Of a stretch of 64,000 bases of DNA, positions 39,394-49,664 are shown in pieces (the first letter of the stretch is position 1; each line of letters starts with the position of its first letter). The notes beneath the pieces are model-generated. The model saw nothing but the letters and a program-made list of their open reading frames with translations, was not told the origin of the DNA and searched no databases. This DNA comes from Planctomycetota bacterium. GTDB lineage: Bacteria > Planctomycetota > GCA-002687715 > CAIWVZ01. A program made the position numbers and the translations under genes. Location: assembly GCA_044222185.1 (NCBI GenBank), contig JBGANV010000001.1, positions 736,001-800,000 of the forward strand, read 5' to 3'.

Positions 39394-42300
39394 TCAGCGT
39401 CGCCTGCGCACGGGGCTAGCGAACGGTGACCGCCCGATCGGCACGCGGAACGTCTGCTCCGTCGCCTGGTCCGCGACCTCGATGGTTGCCGAGTCGGAGT
39501 CCGGTTCGATGACGAAGGGCGGAATCGGGCCGTCATGGCTGAAGATCGCGACGCGATAGGTACCCGGCATGCCGACGGTCAGTCGGAACTGGCCGTCGCG
39601 GAGGTCAACCACACCGCCGGCGGGGAGCCGCGCAAGCGCCGTGCGTTCGGCCTGACCGTCGGGCTCGTTCATGACGGACTCCCGCGGCACCCAGGCGACC
39701 AAGGCCTTCAGGTGTGCGGGGCGCGAGCCTGCGGGGCCCGCGTCCGCGATGATCGTGGCGCTGAGGCCAGGCATGAGCGTGACGCGCTCGGTCTTGCCGT
39801 CCCACGGCAGGCGGGCCGTCCGGAAACCGGCAGCGCGCACCACGAGGTCTCCCTCGGCGGCTGCGGTGACGAATGACGCCTCGCCCGTGGCGCCACAGGT
39901 GGCGCCACCGACCTTCGCGGCCGGGCGCGCACGGGTGAGGAAGCTGACCTCGGCGCCGGGCACCGGATGATCCGCACCGTCGCGCACGCTCAGGCGGATC
40001 CGACGGACAGCGCCGCGCAGGTCCGCCGCGGGAACGACGATCGGCGTCGTGCTCGTGCCGGTCACGTCGACCTCACCAAGCGTGGCGAGAGTGAGGTCGG
40101 AGGAGGAGCCGCCCACCGAGCCGAAACTGGTGACCGTCGTCGACGAGCGCGTGATCGACTCGACGACCGGGTCCGATCCCGCACGGTACGTCAGGACGAC
40201 TTCGTACTTGCCCGCGCGAACACGATCGATCTGGAACTCCGTCACCTGCGCGCCCCGGGTCGCATCCGCGAGCGCGAGGTTCGCGGTCCGAGACGTGCCT
40301 CCGACGCCGTGCTGGCGCAGGCCGACGGCGAGGCCCTCGATCAGAAAGCCCGGGTCGAACGTCACGGTTCCGGTGATCGTTCCCGTCGATGCGCGCTCCG
40401 ACTGCGAGAACACGACGACGAGCTCCGTCGCACCGACGTCGAACGTGAAGGACGGGGGCACCATCTGATCGCTGGAGCGGGCGCGGATTCCGAGCCGCGT
40501 CGTCGTCGTGAGCCCTCGGATGGCGAACCGCCCATCCTCGTCCGTGAGACCGGTCAGCGCCGGCTCCGTCGTCCACAGCGCGGGCCGGAACGCCGGCCTC
40601 GACGACGAGGGCTGCAACGCGGGGGTGTCCAATGGAACCTCGATCGCGATGACGACGCCACCGAGCGGTTTGCTCGCGGCACTCAGTGCTTTCCCTGCGG
40701 CGATGATCGGGAGCGGTGGGAACGGTATCGGCTGCGTGACCGACGCCGTGCGCAGGGCCGATGCGTCGAGGACGGCTCCCCGAACCGCAAGTCCCAGCTC
40801 GTCCAGCAGGAGCAGCTGAAGAGATGCCTCGGGCGCAAAGCGTGCGAGAAATTGCCGCTCGATGGCGAACGTCCCGTCCGCGTCCGCCGGGATCGTCTCG
40901 AGTCCGCGCAGCAGCGTCGCCCCGGCGGGGTTCGGTGGCCCTGCGAGCAGCATCGACCTCTCACGTGGGGCCTGACCCGTCGCCGGGTCCACGGGACGGA
41001 CTCTCGCGATCGGCGCGGACCTCGGCTCCTTGGGGGAGACGGTGGCCGACGTACCAGCGGTCACGGCGTACGGAATCGTGGACTCCGCCAGCTTCGATCC
41101 CTCGATCGGGACGCCTGCGGACTCGGCGAACGCTCCCGTTGCCGCGAGCACGAGCGACTGCGAAGCCAGGCTGCGCGCGAAGTGCTGGGCATGGCGGACC
41201 TCGGCCCGCCCATCCTCGCCCGTCGTCCCGCGCCACACGACGAGTTCCGAGACGTCGCCTCGACGCAGTTCGAGCGGGACCGAAGCCGCGCCGCGCCCGT
41301 CGACTCCACGCGCCTCGATCCACGAGCTGCGGTCCGCCTCGACGTTCACGACGATCGATCGGGGCGGTTGAGATCGCGGCGGAACGATTCGCGTCTTGCC
41401 CCACCTCCCACCGTGCTCGGCGACGACCTCGATGGAGCGGACGGACCGAGGGATCCGAACGGTGCCGGTGGCGTCCGTCTCCTGCGGTTGACGCGCGGAT
41501 CGGATCTCGCGCTCCACGTTTCCGTCGTTGGCGCTCCAGGCTTCGCGAGCCGCGGGCCCGAGAAGGTCCGGGATCACCCACCAGACCGATGCGCCGACGA
41601 CGAACGCTCCGTCCGACGCGTCTCGGACCTGGACGACCCAGGGTGGCGGTGTTCCCGCCATCGGTTCCTTCGCGTCTGGTTCGAGCGGCATCGGCCGAAC
41701 GGGCGGGGAGTCGTTGGGGCGGGACGGCTGCACCGGACCGGGGGCCTCCGGGGCGGGCACGCCCGATCGCGGTTCGTGGACTGGCGTGGGCGCGAAACTC
41801 GAACGGGGAGAGAACGTGAACTGCACGACTCCGACTGCGATCACGAGCAGCGCCGCGGCTGCGGAGAGCACACCGAGCTTGGCGCCCGACGCCGCCGTCC
41901 CGAGCGGGACCAGCGGAAGCGCCCACCGCTCGCGACCACCGCAGGACTCATCCAGTTCCTCCCGAAGCTGCGCGATCGCACGGGAAAGCCGGCTGCGCAC
42001 GGTGCCTTCAGGGATCGCGAGCCTCCGTGCGATCTCCACCGTCGACAGGCCGTCGTAGTACCGGAGCATGATGACCGTGGAATAGGGTTCTTCGAGAGCC
42101 ATCACGCGACGTACCACGGTGGCGAGCACCTCTCGCCGGGCAACCAGGTCCACCGTCGGCTCGGCCGTGCGCGCCGTGCGCGCTGCCGTCTCGTGATGCT
42201 CGCGCCGGGCGCGGGAACGCCACGCGTTGATGGCGGTGTGGCCCGTGACGCTCCGGATGAAGCCTCGGATCGCGCCTTCGTCACGCAGCCTTCCTCGCAG

Positions 42301-42429
42301 GCCGCGGAGGGCTGCATCCTGTGCGAGGTCGTCGGCGTCCGGGCCGGGGCCGACGAGCGTGCGGGCGAGGGCCCGCAGGAATTCCATCTGGCCGAGGAGG
42401 GCTGATTCCGTGAGCGCTTTGGTGTTCAT
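39394..42429 (-). CDS. ECF sigma-70 factor with a TM segment and a long C-terminal beta-rich extension
   Basis: LRALARTLV...DADDLAQDA (region 2), LEEPYSTVIMLRYYDGLSTVEIARRLAIPEGTVRSRLSRA (region 4), TM LGVLSAAAALLVIAVGVV, repeated 'TD..G.F.I' units. Confidence 0.85.
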   Translation of the reverse strand: MNTKALTESALLGQMEFLRALARTLVGPGPDADDLAQDAALRGLRGRLRDEGAIRGFIRSVTGHTAINAWRSRARREHHETAARTARTAEPTVDLVARREVLATVVRRVMALEEPYSTVIMLRYYDGLSTVEIARRLAIPEGTVRSRLSRAIAQLREELDESCGGRERWALPLVPLGTAASGAKLGVLSAAAALLVIAVGVVQFTFSPRSSFAPTPVHEPRSGVPAPEAPGPVQPSRPNDSPPVRPMPLEPDAKEPMAGTPPPWVVQVRDASDGAFVVGASVWWVIPDLLGPAAREAWSANDGNVEREIRSARQPQETDATGTVRIPRSVRSIEVVAEHGGRWGKTRIVPPRSQPPRSIVVNVEADRSSWIEARGVDGRGAASVPLELRRGDVSELVVWRGTTGEDGRAEVRHAQHFARSLASQSLVLAATGAFAESAGVPIEGSKLAESTIPYAVTAGTSATVSPKEPRSAPIARVRPVDPATGQAPRERSMLLAGPPNPAGATLLRGLETIPADADGTFAIERQFLARFAPEASLQLLLLDELGLAVRGAVLDASALRTASVTQPIPFPPLPIIAAGKALSAASKPLGGVVIAIEVPLDTPALQPSSSRPAFRPALWTTEPALTGLTDEDGRFAIRGLTTTTRLGIRARSSDQMVPPSFTFDVGATELVVVFSQSERASTGTITGTVTFDPGFLIEGLAVGLRQHGVGGTSRTANLALADATRGAQVTEFQIDRVRAGKYEVVLTYRAGSDPVVESITRSSTTVTSFGSVGGSSSDLTLATLGEVDVTGTSTTPIVVPAADLRGAVRRIRLSVRDGADHPVPGAEVSFLTRARPAAKVGGATCGATGEASFVTAAAEGDLVVRAAGFRTARLPWDGKTERVTLMPGLSATIIADAGPAGSRPAHLKALVAWVPRESVMNEPDGQAERTALARLPAGGVVDLRDGQFRLTVGMPGTYRVAIFSHDGPIPPFVIEPDSDSATIEVADQATEQTFRVPIGRSPFASPVRRRR

Positions 42430-42499
42430 GGGTCGTGTTTCGAGCGGGTGAGGCTCGCTCCGCACATCCAGGACACCGCAGGATCGAATCCGCTCCCGG

Positions 42500-44179
42500 T
42501 CACCGCTCTTTCTTGACGGGCTTGCTTTCGGTCGCCGGGGCGGGTGGCGTCACGTCGCCCTCCAGGTTCGTCCAGGATGGCTGCCGCCCGATGGTCTCCG
42601 GTCGCGACTGGCCGTTGGCCGTGTCGAGCCCGAGGAGGAACGCCATGCGGACGATCCGCTCCATCTTCTTGAACTCGATCCGGTCCACATCGTCGCTCGG
42701 GAGGTGGTAATCGGCGTGTTCGTCGTCGCAGAAGAAGACGACCGGGATGCCCTTCTTCGCGAAGTTGTAGTGATCGCTGCGCGCGTAGAAGCGGTCGCCG
42801 TCGCCGAATTCCAGGCCGAAGCTCTTCGCGAGCGTGTGCGCGCTGCGCACGATCGTCGAGTACTTGTCGTGTCGATACGTGGGCGTGACGGCCACCGTGT
42901 CCTCGGGGATCTTGGTGGTGCTCCGTCCGATCATGTCGATGTTGATGTCGGCGATGAGCTTGTCGGCAGGCCACGTGGGGTTCTCGGCGTATGCGGCCGA
43001 ACCCCACAGCCCCAGTTCCTCGCCGGAGACGGAGAGGAACACGATGCTCCTCTTGGGGCGCTCCCCGGGTTTCAGCGCGGCGAAGGCTTCGGCGAGCTCC
43101 AACAACGACACCGTTCCGGACCCGTCGTCGTCGGCCCCGTTGAACACGCTGCCATCGGCTGCGCGCCCGACGTGATCCATGTGAGCGGAGTAGACCACCG
43201 CTTCTGCTGACAGCGACGGATCGCTCCCACGCAAGACGGCGACGACGTCCGTCGCCTTGCCCGGCTTCCGGCTCATCTTGAGCTTCAGGCGGCACGTCGC
43301 CGTCGAATCCTTCTGGCGGGGATCGCTGTCGAAGACCTTCGGCTCGAGCCCCAGCTGCTTCAAGATCGCTTCGGCGTCGGGACCTCCGAGCGCCAGGACC
43401 GGAACCCGTGGCTTCTGGATCATGTCGGACATCGCCGCGCCCGACTTGCCGTCGCCGACGATGGGCTTGCCTGGATAGACGCCCATCATGTTCGCCGCGA
43501 CGAGGAAGGGGAGGTTGTACGACTTGAAGATGACGATGCCGGCCTGCGCTCCGCCCGTGGCGAACTTGCTCGCCGCGGCGCGGACCTTGCCGACCTCCAG
43601 TCCCATGCCGTTCATCATCGCTTCGTTGATCGTGAGCTTGTCGTCCCGACTCGTGTCGAGTTCGATGATGGCGACCGGGATCGTCCCCTCGAGCGAGCCC
43701 TTGGCGATCTTGCCCTCCTTGGGGATGAGGCGGAGCTTGCCCGACACGGTCATGTCCACTCCGGCGTCGCCCTTGGCGCGCAGCGGCCACCACACGCCGT
43801 TGGCGTTGAGCCTCTTCCCGTCGCCGACGTAGAGGCCGCTGTCAGATGCGACTTCCGTCATCACGACGTCGTAGTCGTACGTCCAGCCGCGCTTGCCCGT
43901 CGGCGTCTTGTCGCCGAATGGCTCGAGACCGAGCGACTCGAAGTGCTTCGAGATGTACTCGGCGGCCTTCTTCTGATCCTCGGTGCCCGTGAGGCGGCCA
44001 CCGTACTCGTCGCTCGCGAGGACCCGCAGGTGCTTCTCCAGGTCGGCGGCCGTGATGCTCGCCGTCGCGGCGGGGGCGTTGGCCGGGCCGAGGGGCGGTT
44101 GACTCGCGGGCTGCTGCCCGCGCGCGGCACAAAGGCAGGATGCGAGGGCGAGAATGAGGGTTCGGCGGGATGTTGACAT
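42500..44179 (-). CDS. Exported M28 family metallopeptidase
   Basis: LASDEYGGR.TG, SAHMDHVG, NGADDDGSG, GEELGLWGS, INIDMIGR, RSDHYNF, DYHLPSD. Confidence 0.93.
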   Translation of the reverse strand: MSTSRRTLILALASCLCAARGQQPASQPPLGPANAPAATASITAADLEKHLRVLASDEYGGRLTGTEDQKKAAEYISKHFESLGLEPFGDKTPTGKRGWTYDYDVVMTEVASDSGLYVGDGKRLNANGVWWPLRAKGDAGVDMTVSGKLRLIPKEGKIAKGSLEGTIPVAIIELDTSRDDKLTINEAMMNGMGLEVGKVRAAASKFATGGAQAGIVIFKSYNLPFLVAANMMGVYPGKPIVGDGKSGAAMSDMIQKPRVPVLALGGPDAEAILKQLGLEPKVFDSDPRQKDSTATCRLKLKMSRKPGKATDVVAVLRGSDPSLSAEAVVYSAHMDHVGRAADGSVFNGADDDGSGTVSLLELAEAFAALKPGERPKRSIVFLSVSGEELGLWGSAAYAENPTWPADKLIADINIDMIGRSTTKIPEDTVAVTPTYRHDKYSTIVRSAHTLAKSFGLEFGDGDRFYARSDHYNFAKKGIPVVFFCDDEHADYHLPSDDVDRIEFKKMERIVRMAFLLGLDTANGQSRPETIGRQPSWTNLEGDVTPPAPATESKPVKKER

Positions 44180-44316
44180 GGCGGGAACTCTGACCGGGTT
44201 GGACGCCGGTTCAAGCGGATGGGAGGACCTACGGCTCCCGCCGACGCCCGCTCCGTCGTCCTGACGCGAGGCTGCCGATCCCGACCCGCCGCGCCCAAGG
44301 GCGGCGACGGTGCCGG

Positions 44317-45711
44317 TCAGGGATGAAGCACCATCGCGAGCACGACCCCGAACCCGACGACGATCCACCACAGCTGCGGCGCCGAGCCGCCGTCCGCGGC
44401 ACCCGGCGGCCGCGCATCCGCGTCGATCCGATCGAGCAGGTACCGTACGAGGAGGCGCTGCACCGTCGCCAGCAGCCCACCGAACGCCGTCCAAGCTGCG
44501 ATTCCTCCCGCAACCGATCCGCTCGCCTGGGAGGCCCCGCCACCGAACGGATCGACGGCGAGGAGGCCGCAGGCGCATCCGAACACCAGTCCTGACCCCA
44601 GGCTCTGGTGGAGTGTGGCCTCGCCTGATCGGAACAGCGCCGCGTGGAGGACGCCGAGCGCGGCGGCGCAGAGCCACGGCGCCGTCGTCGCCGAGGCACC
44701 TGCCGCCGCCGAAATCGGGCCGGTGATGACCCAGGCGATCGATGCCGCGACCAATCCCGCCGCGAACAGTCGGAATCCCCTAAGTCCCGGGCTTTCGCGT
44801 GCGCGCAGGACGGGATCCGAATCGACGAACAGGAGCCGCCACAGGCGCGCGAGCGCGGCGTAGCTCACCCCGAGGGTCAGACCGAAGATCCAGTGCCCGC
44901 GCAGCCAGGGCGCGGCGTCACGCCCCGCGGCGAGCGACCAGTGAACGTGGCCGCCGATGAACCACGGTACGAGCGTCAGCGGGCCGATGATCCAGGACAT
45001 CGTCCCAAACGCGAACCCCCAGGTGACGCTGGCGCCGACGTCGGTCGCGAGGCGTCGGAACGAAAGCCCATACGTGATGCCGACGATTGTGCTGGTGACA
45101 ATGTGCGCCGCGGGCGTTATCGCCATCGGCGAGTCCGTTTCCGCGACACGGAGCGAGTGTGTCGGAAGATCGCCGGGTGCCCAGATGGCGAGGAACCCGC
45201 CCGCGACGGCGCCGGCGATGGCCCCAAACGTGATGGCGCGAGCCCGCGAGCACGTCGTCGCCGTGACGATCGCGTCGTCGCGCCCCATCGGAGCCGTCGG
45301 GCGATGGAGGGCCGCGTGAACCAGGCCCACGACGGCGCCGAACGCCGCCACATCGCCGACGAGCAGTGGGAATGCCCGTTCGAGGCAGGGCAGGGTCCAG
45401 CACGGCGCGCCGCCCGTGACGATGGGCAGCAGAGTGAGCGGCCCGAGGATCCACCAAAGGAATCCGAAGACCATGCCCAGGCACAGCCCCGAGCCCGAAT
45501 CCCTCGCGTAGCGACCGAGCGTGAGCGTGAAGACCGGACCGAGCAGCGTGGAGAGCACCAGGTCGAACACCCACGGCGTCGGTCGGCCGAGCGGCTCTCC
45601 CGTCAACGGACATACGCCCTGGATCGCGAGCAGGACGAAACATGCGCCGCCCACGGCGCCGGCAACGAGGCCTCTTGCGACGGACTTTGCGGGTCGTTCG
45701 TTCAGGGTCAT
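44317..45711 (-). CDS. Hypothetical multi-pass membrane protein with internal duplication
   Basis: ATGA overlap with the NDH-2 stop; repeat G(M/F).FG...WI(L/I)GPLTL(L/V)P...GG...W(T/S)L occurs twice. Confidence 0.75.
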   Translation of the reverse strand: MTLNERPAKSVARGLVAGAVGGACFVLLAIQGVCPLTGEPLGRPTPWVFDLVLSTLLGPVFTLTLGRYARDSGSGLCLGMVFGFLWWILGPLTLLPIVTGGAPCWTLPCLERAFPLLVGDVAAFGAVVGLVHAALHRPTAPMGRDDAIVTATTCSRARAITFGAIAGAVAGGFLAIWAPGDLPTHSLRVAETDSPMAITPAAHIVTSTIVGITYGLSFRRLATDVGASVTWGFAFGTMSWIIGPLTLVPWFIGGHVHWSLAAGRDAAPWLRGHWIFGLTLGVSYAALARLWRLLFVDSDPVLRARESPGLRGFRLFAAGLVAASIAWVITGPISAAAGASATTAPWLCAAALGVLHAALFRSGEATLHQSLGSGLVFGCACGLLAVDPFGGGASQASGSVAGGIAAWTAFGGLLATVQRLLVRYLLDRIDADARPPGAADGGSAPQLWWIVVGFGVVLAMVLHP

Positions 45712-47453
45712 GCCAGGCTCCTCTCGGCGACCACGGCGGCCGATGCCCGCACCGGCGGCACCTCGACGGTGGGTGGGCTCTCGCGGATCCTCCGTTCGGG
45801 TACGTGGACGAGGTCCCTCGGGAAGAACAGGTCGATCGTCCAGTCGAGCGCGACGCGGATCTTCTTCTCGAGGCCGGGAAGCTTCATCAGATAGACCGTG
45901 CGCCAGAGGAACCACGCGAAGGAGCCCGAGAACCGCCGCCCGCGAATCTCCGCGCACGCGAGCTGGTGCCCAAGGACCGCGAACGAACCGAGCGCGCGGA
46001 ATCGAAAGGGCGCCAGCGTGACGCCGCGGAGCGTTCCGGCCACGTTGTGAGCGAGGGTCGCGGCCTCGCGGATCGCATGCTGCGCCGTCGGGGGATGGAA
46101 TCGTCCGGGCGCGAGGAGGTCAGGCACGGCGCAGCCGTCGCCGAGGGACCAGACACCTGGTCGTCCGCGAACCGCGAGCGTGGCATCGACGACGACGCGT
46201 CCCCGATCATCGAGCGGAAGACCGCTCGCGCGAAGGAGCGGATTGGGTGAGTTCCCCGCAGTCCACACGAGCGTGCGCGTCTTGATCACGGTGCCATCCG
46301 CGAGCGAGACGGACGAGGCACTGGCGTCGCTCACCCGGCCCTTCAGCACGAAACGGACTCCACGGCGCGCGAGGGCATCCTGGGCATATCGGCCCAGGCC
46401 CTCGGAGAGCTCGGGGAGGATGCGCTCGCCCGGGTGAACGAGGACGAGTGAGAGCTCGCCTGGGTCGATGCGAGGGAACGAGCGAATGGCGCCCCGGACG
46501 AAGTCGTTGAGCGAACCGACGAGCTCGACTCCGGCGAATCCACCTCCGGCGACGACGAACGTCAGAAGCTCGCGACGGCGGTCGGGGTCGTCGTCGGCGT
46601 TCGCCTGCTCCAGCATGCCGATGACGCGGTTGCGAATCGCGAGTGCGTCCGGGAGGCTCTTGAACGTGAGCGCGTGCCGCTCGACTCCCTTCAAGCCGAA
46701 GAAGGTCGGGGTTGCGCCGAGTGCGACGACGAGCTCGTCGGCCTCGAGCGTGCGGCTGCGACCGTCGACGAGCGACTCGACGTCGACGCGGCGGCTGGCG
46801 GAGTCGATGGCCGTGACTTTCGCGAGGAGGACGTCCGTGCGACGAAGGAACCCGCGCAGCGGGGCGCTGATGTGACTTCCTTCGAGGCTGCCGGCCGTGA
46901 CTTCGGACAGCATCGGTGTGAAGAGCAGGTGATTGGTGTCGCTCACGAGCGTGATGTGAACGTGAGGGTCGCGCGCGAGCGCGCGTTCGAGCGCGCGTGC
47001 GACGGCCCCCCCGGCGAAGCCTCCGCCGAGGATCAGGATGCGCCGCGATGGCTGCGACGTGGCGCGCGGTCGGGCCATCGCGGGTCTCTGAGGAAGAAGC
47101 CGTGCGAGGGCTCCGGTCGCCGTTCCGCCCGCCATGGCGACGAGCGTGAATGCAGGGAGGAGCGGGGCGGTCGTCGCCGAACCGTCGTGCGCACTGGCGA
47201 CCAGGAGCGTCGCGATGGTCGCCACGAGGCCTGTGGCGGCGACGCGCGCCGTCGCGGCGTCGCCTCGAGGGACGAATGCGACGAGTGCCGTGAGGAGCGC
47301 GATCGCGACGTCCAGGTGGAAGGGCCACGGCTGAGCTTCGCCGCCGGTGACGCGGCTCCGAATCGCAAGGGTCGCGAGCGTGAGGATCGTGGTCGCGGCA
47401 CAGATGGCCGCTGCGCGCGGGATCCCGATTCGGAGGGACGTTGGGCGCCTCAC
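45708..47453 (-). CDS. ndh: Type II NADH dehydrogenase family FAD-dependent oxidoreductase with N-terminal membrane extension
   Basis: ILILGGGFAG, LFTPML.EV..G, VVAGGGFAGVELVG, LVWTAG, LGDGC, PPTAQHA, WFLWRTVYL; start uncertain (GTG 47453 assumed). Confidence 0.85.
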   Translation of the reverse strand: MRRPTSLRIGIPRAAAICAATTILTLATLAIRSRVTGGEAQPWPFHLDVAIALLTALVAFVPRGDAATARVAATGLVATIATLLVASAHDGSATTAPLLPAFTLVAMAGGTATGALARLLPQRPAMARPRATSQPSRRILILGGGFAGGAVARALERALARDPHVHITLVSDTNHLLFTPMLSEVTAGSLEGSHISAPLRGFLRRTDVLLAKVTAIDSASRRVDVESLVDGRSRTLEADELVVALGATPTFFGLKGVERHALTFKSLPDALAIRNRVIGMLEQANADDDPDRRRELLTFVVAGGGFAGVELVGSLNDFVRGAIRSFPRIDPGELSLVLVHPGERILPELSEGLGRYAQDALARRGVRFVLKGRVSDASASSVSLADGTVIKTRTLVWTAGNSPNPLLRASGLPLDDRGRVVVDATLAVRGRPGVWSLGDGCAVPDLLAPGRFHPPTAQHAIREAATLAHNVAGTLRGVTLAPFRFRALGSFAVLGHQLACAEIRGRRFSGSFAWFLWRTVYLMKLPGLEKKIRVALDWTIDLFFPRDLVHVPERRIRESPPTVEVPPVRASAAVVAERSLA

Positions 47454-47590
47454 GATCGGACTCGCGCTGGATGAAGGGGGGACTGCATGCCGTTTCGATG
47501 CCCCAGGCTCAGGGTTGGTTTCAGGGGGTTGGGCGCAGCTTCGGTAGCATGCGCGCCTCCCGGCTCCGAACGAGCTCGCCCAGCAGACCG

Positions 47591-49033
47591 ATGTCCGACT
47601 CCGACACCATCGCAACCGACGCCTCGGCGACAGTCGATGCCGACGCCCGCCTCGGCTGGCGAGCGACGCTCGCCGAGTCGCTCCGAGGGACGCGGCGCAA
47701 CCTGACGTCCATTCCCGTCGGGCAGGCCATCGCCCTCGTGGCGATCCCCACGATCCTCGAGATGGCGATGGAATCGCTGTTCGCCATCGCGGACATCTAC
47801 TGGATCAAGCCGCTCGGGAGCACGGCGACGGCCGTCGTTTCGATCACGGAAGCGATGATGGCGATCCTCTACGCGCTCGCGATCGGGTTGTCCGTCGGCG
47901 CATCGGCGGTGGTCTCGAGACGAATCGGGGAGGGTGACCCGCGTCGCGCGGCGCGAGCGGCCGTGCTCGCGATCGCCATCGCCATCGCGGTTGCCGTGCC
48001 GATCTCGCTTCTCGGCGTGATATTCGCCGGTGACCTCCTTCGGGTCATGGGGGGGAGCGAGGAGGTCGTCGCACTCGGCAGGCCATTCACCGCGACGATG
48101 CTCGGGTCGTCGTTCATCATCATGCTGCTCTTCGTGATCAACGGAGTGTTCCGCGCGGCCGGTGATGCGGCGATCGCCATGAGAACGCTGTGGATCGCGA
48201 ACGCGATCAACATCGTGCTCGGCGGCGTGCTCGTGCGCGGCGTCGCCGGGATCGGCGGGGTCGGCCTCATCGGCGCCGCGGCGGCGACGGTCGTCGGGCG
48301 CGGAATCGGAGTTCTCTACCAGGCGCGCCAGCTGTGGCGCGGGCGCGGCGTTTTGCGGGTGACACGGCACGACCTCAGCCCCGATTGGGCGCTTCTGTCG
48401 ACGCTCGTAGACCTCGCGCGTGAGACGGTCATGCAATCCCTGATCGCGACGGCGAGTTGGACCGTGCTCGTGCGGATCCTCTCGCGCTTCGGCGAGCACG
48501 TGCTCGCGGGCTACACGGTCGGGTTGCGGATCATCGTGTTCGCGTTGCTTCCGTCGTGGGGGTTGGCCTCGGCGGCGGCGACGCTCGTCGGCCAGAACCT
48601 GGGCGCAGGTCGCGCCGACCGCGCCGAGAAGTCCGCCTGGCGGGCGTGCCAGGTGAACATCGTCGTCCTGGGCATCTTCGGTGGGCTCATGGCGATCTTC
48701 GCGGAAGAGCTCGGCGCGTTCTTTGCCGAGGATCCGCACGCCATCGCCGTGGCAGTCCAATGCCTGCGGTCGGTGGCGCTTGGATTCCCCCTCTACGCGT
48801 TCGGCATGGTGCTGACCCAGGCGCTGAACGGTGCCGGAGACGCCCGCACGCCGACGCTCATCAACGTCGTCTGCTCCTGGGTCGTCGAGATCCCGATTGC
48901 GTGGTGGATCACGGCGCACACGGGCATCGGCCCGATCGGAGTGTTCTGGTCCATCACGACGGCGTTCTCGCTGATGGCGTTGCTCGGTGCCGTGATGTTC
49001 CGGAAGGGACGCTGGAAGCGGATGCGCGTGTGA
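47591..49033 (+). CDS. MATE family efflux transporter
   Basis: AIPTILEMAMESLFAIAD, FRAAGDA...ANAINIVL, AAATLVGQNLGAG, NGAGDARTP, FRKGRWK. Confidence 0.92.
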   Translation: MSDSDTIATDASATVDADARLGWRATLAESLRGTRRNLTSIPVGQAIALVAIPTILEMAMESLFAIADIYWIKPLGSTATAVVSITEAMMAILYALAIGLSVGASAVVSRRIGEGDPRRAARAAVLAIAIAIAVAVPISLLGVIFAGDLLRVMGGSEEVVALGRPFTATMLGSSFIIMLLFVINGVFRAAGDAAIAMRTLWIANAINIVLGGVLVRGVAGIGGVGLIGAAAATVVGRGIGVLYQARQLWRGRGVLRVTRHDLSPDWALLSTLVDLARETVMQSLIATASWTVLVRILSRFGEHVLAGYTVGLRIIVFALLPSWGLASAAATLVGQNLGAGRADRAEKSAWRACQVNIVVLGIFGGLMAIFAEELGAFFAEDPHAIAVAVQCLRSVALGFPLYAFGMVLTQALNGAGDARTPTLINVVCSWVVEIPIAWWITAHTGIGPIGVFWSITTAFSLMALLGAVMFRKGRWKRMRV

Positions 49034-49054
49034 CGGCGGGGACCCCTACGGCGA

Positions 49055-49441
49055 TCAGCGCGAGGGGACGGGAGCGGGCGGTGCGGGACTGCCGTAGCGC
49101 TGCGTGGCGAACCCGACGATCGCGCCGACGATCGTGCCGGGGAGCATGATCTCCATGTAGTAGTCCTTACCGGTCTCGGCCTTCATGTTCATGGCGACGA
49201 GCCAGGCGAAGAGCATGGCGATTGCTGCGCCGACCACGATGCCGAGGACGAGGTTGTGCAGCTTGCGGGCGATCAGGCCGGTGATCGCCCCGGCGACGAG
49301 GCCCTTGGCGGTCGACCCGAGGATGATTCCCCAGATGCCGTCACGGACCTCGGGATCCGTCGGGGCGGAAAGGAGAGCGGACCATCCGTCGATCGCACCC
49401 AGGATGGCTCCGACGACGACGCCGATGAGGATTTTCTTCAT
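49055..49441 (-). CDS. Small hypothetical membrane protein (4 TM, Gly-rich)
   Basis: Clean 128-aa ORF with four GxxxG-rich hydrophobic segments. Confidence 0.75.
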   Translation of the reverse strand: MKKILIGVVVGAILGAIDGWSALLSAPTDPEVRDGIWGIILGSTAKGLVAGAITGLIARKLHNLVLGIVVGAAIAMLFAWLVAMNMKAETGKDYYMEIMLPGTIVGAIVGFATQRYGSPAPPAPVPSR

Positions 49442-49664
49442 GACAGCCCATTACACGTCAGGTCCCGGTCCAATCGCGGGATCGGGGTTGGGCGCGGATT
49501 CTATGAAACGATCGGTGGCCCGCCGACGTCGCATGCGACGTCCGTCATGGGTCGCGAGAGCTGGGCGGGGGTGATCCATCGCCCGGAGCGCGTACAGTTC
49601 GGCGGGAAATCTGCCGGGGGCGATCGGTTGTCCATGCACCCCGGAGGCCATTGGAGGACTGACG

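Noticed and set aside
5961-44179. D-aminoacylase, dipeptide epimerase, S46, M28 and APC permease as one peptide-recycling pathway
   Set aside because: The genes are scattered on different strands with no shared operon or motif; the link is thematic only.
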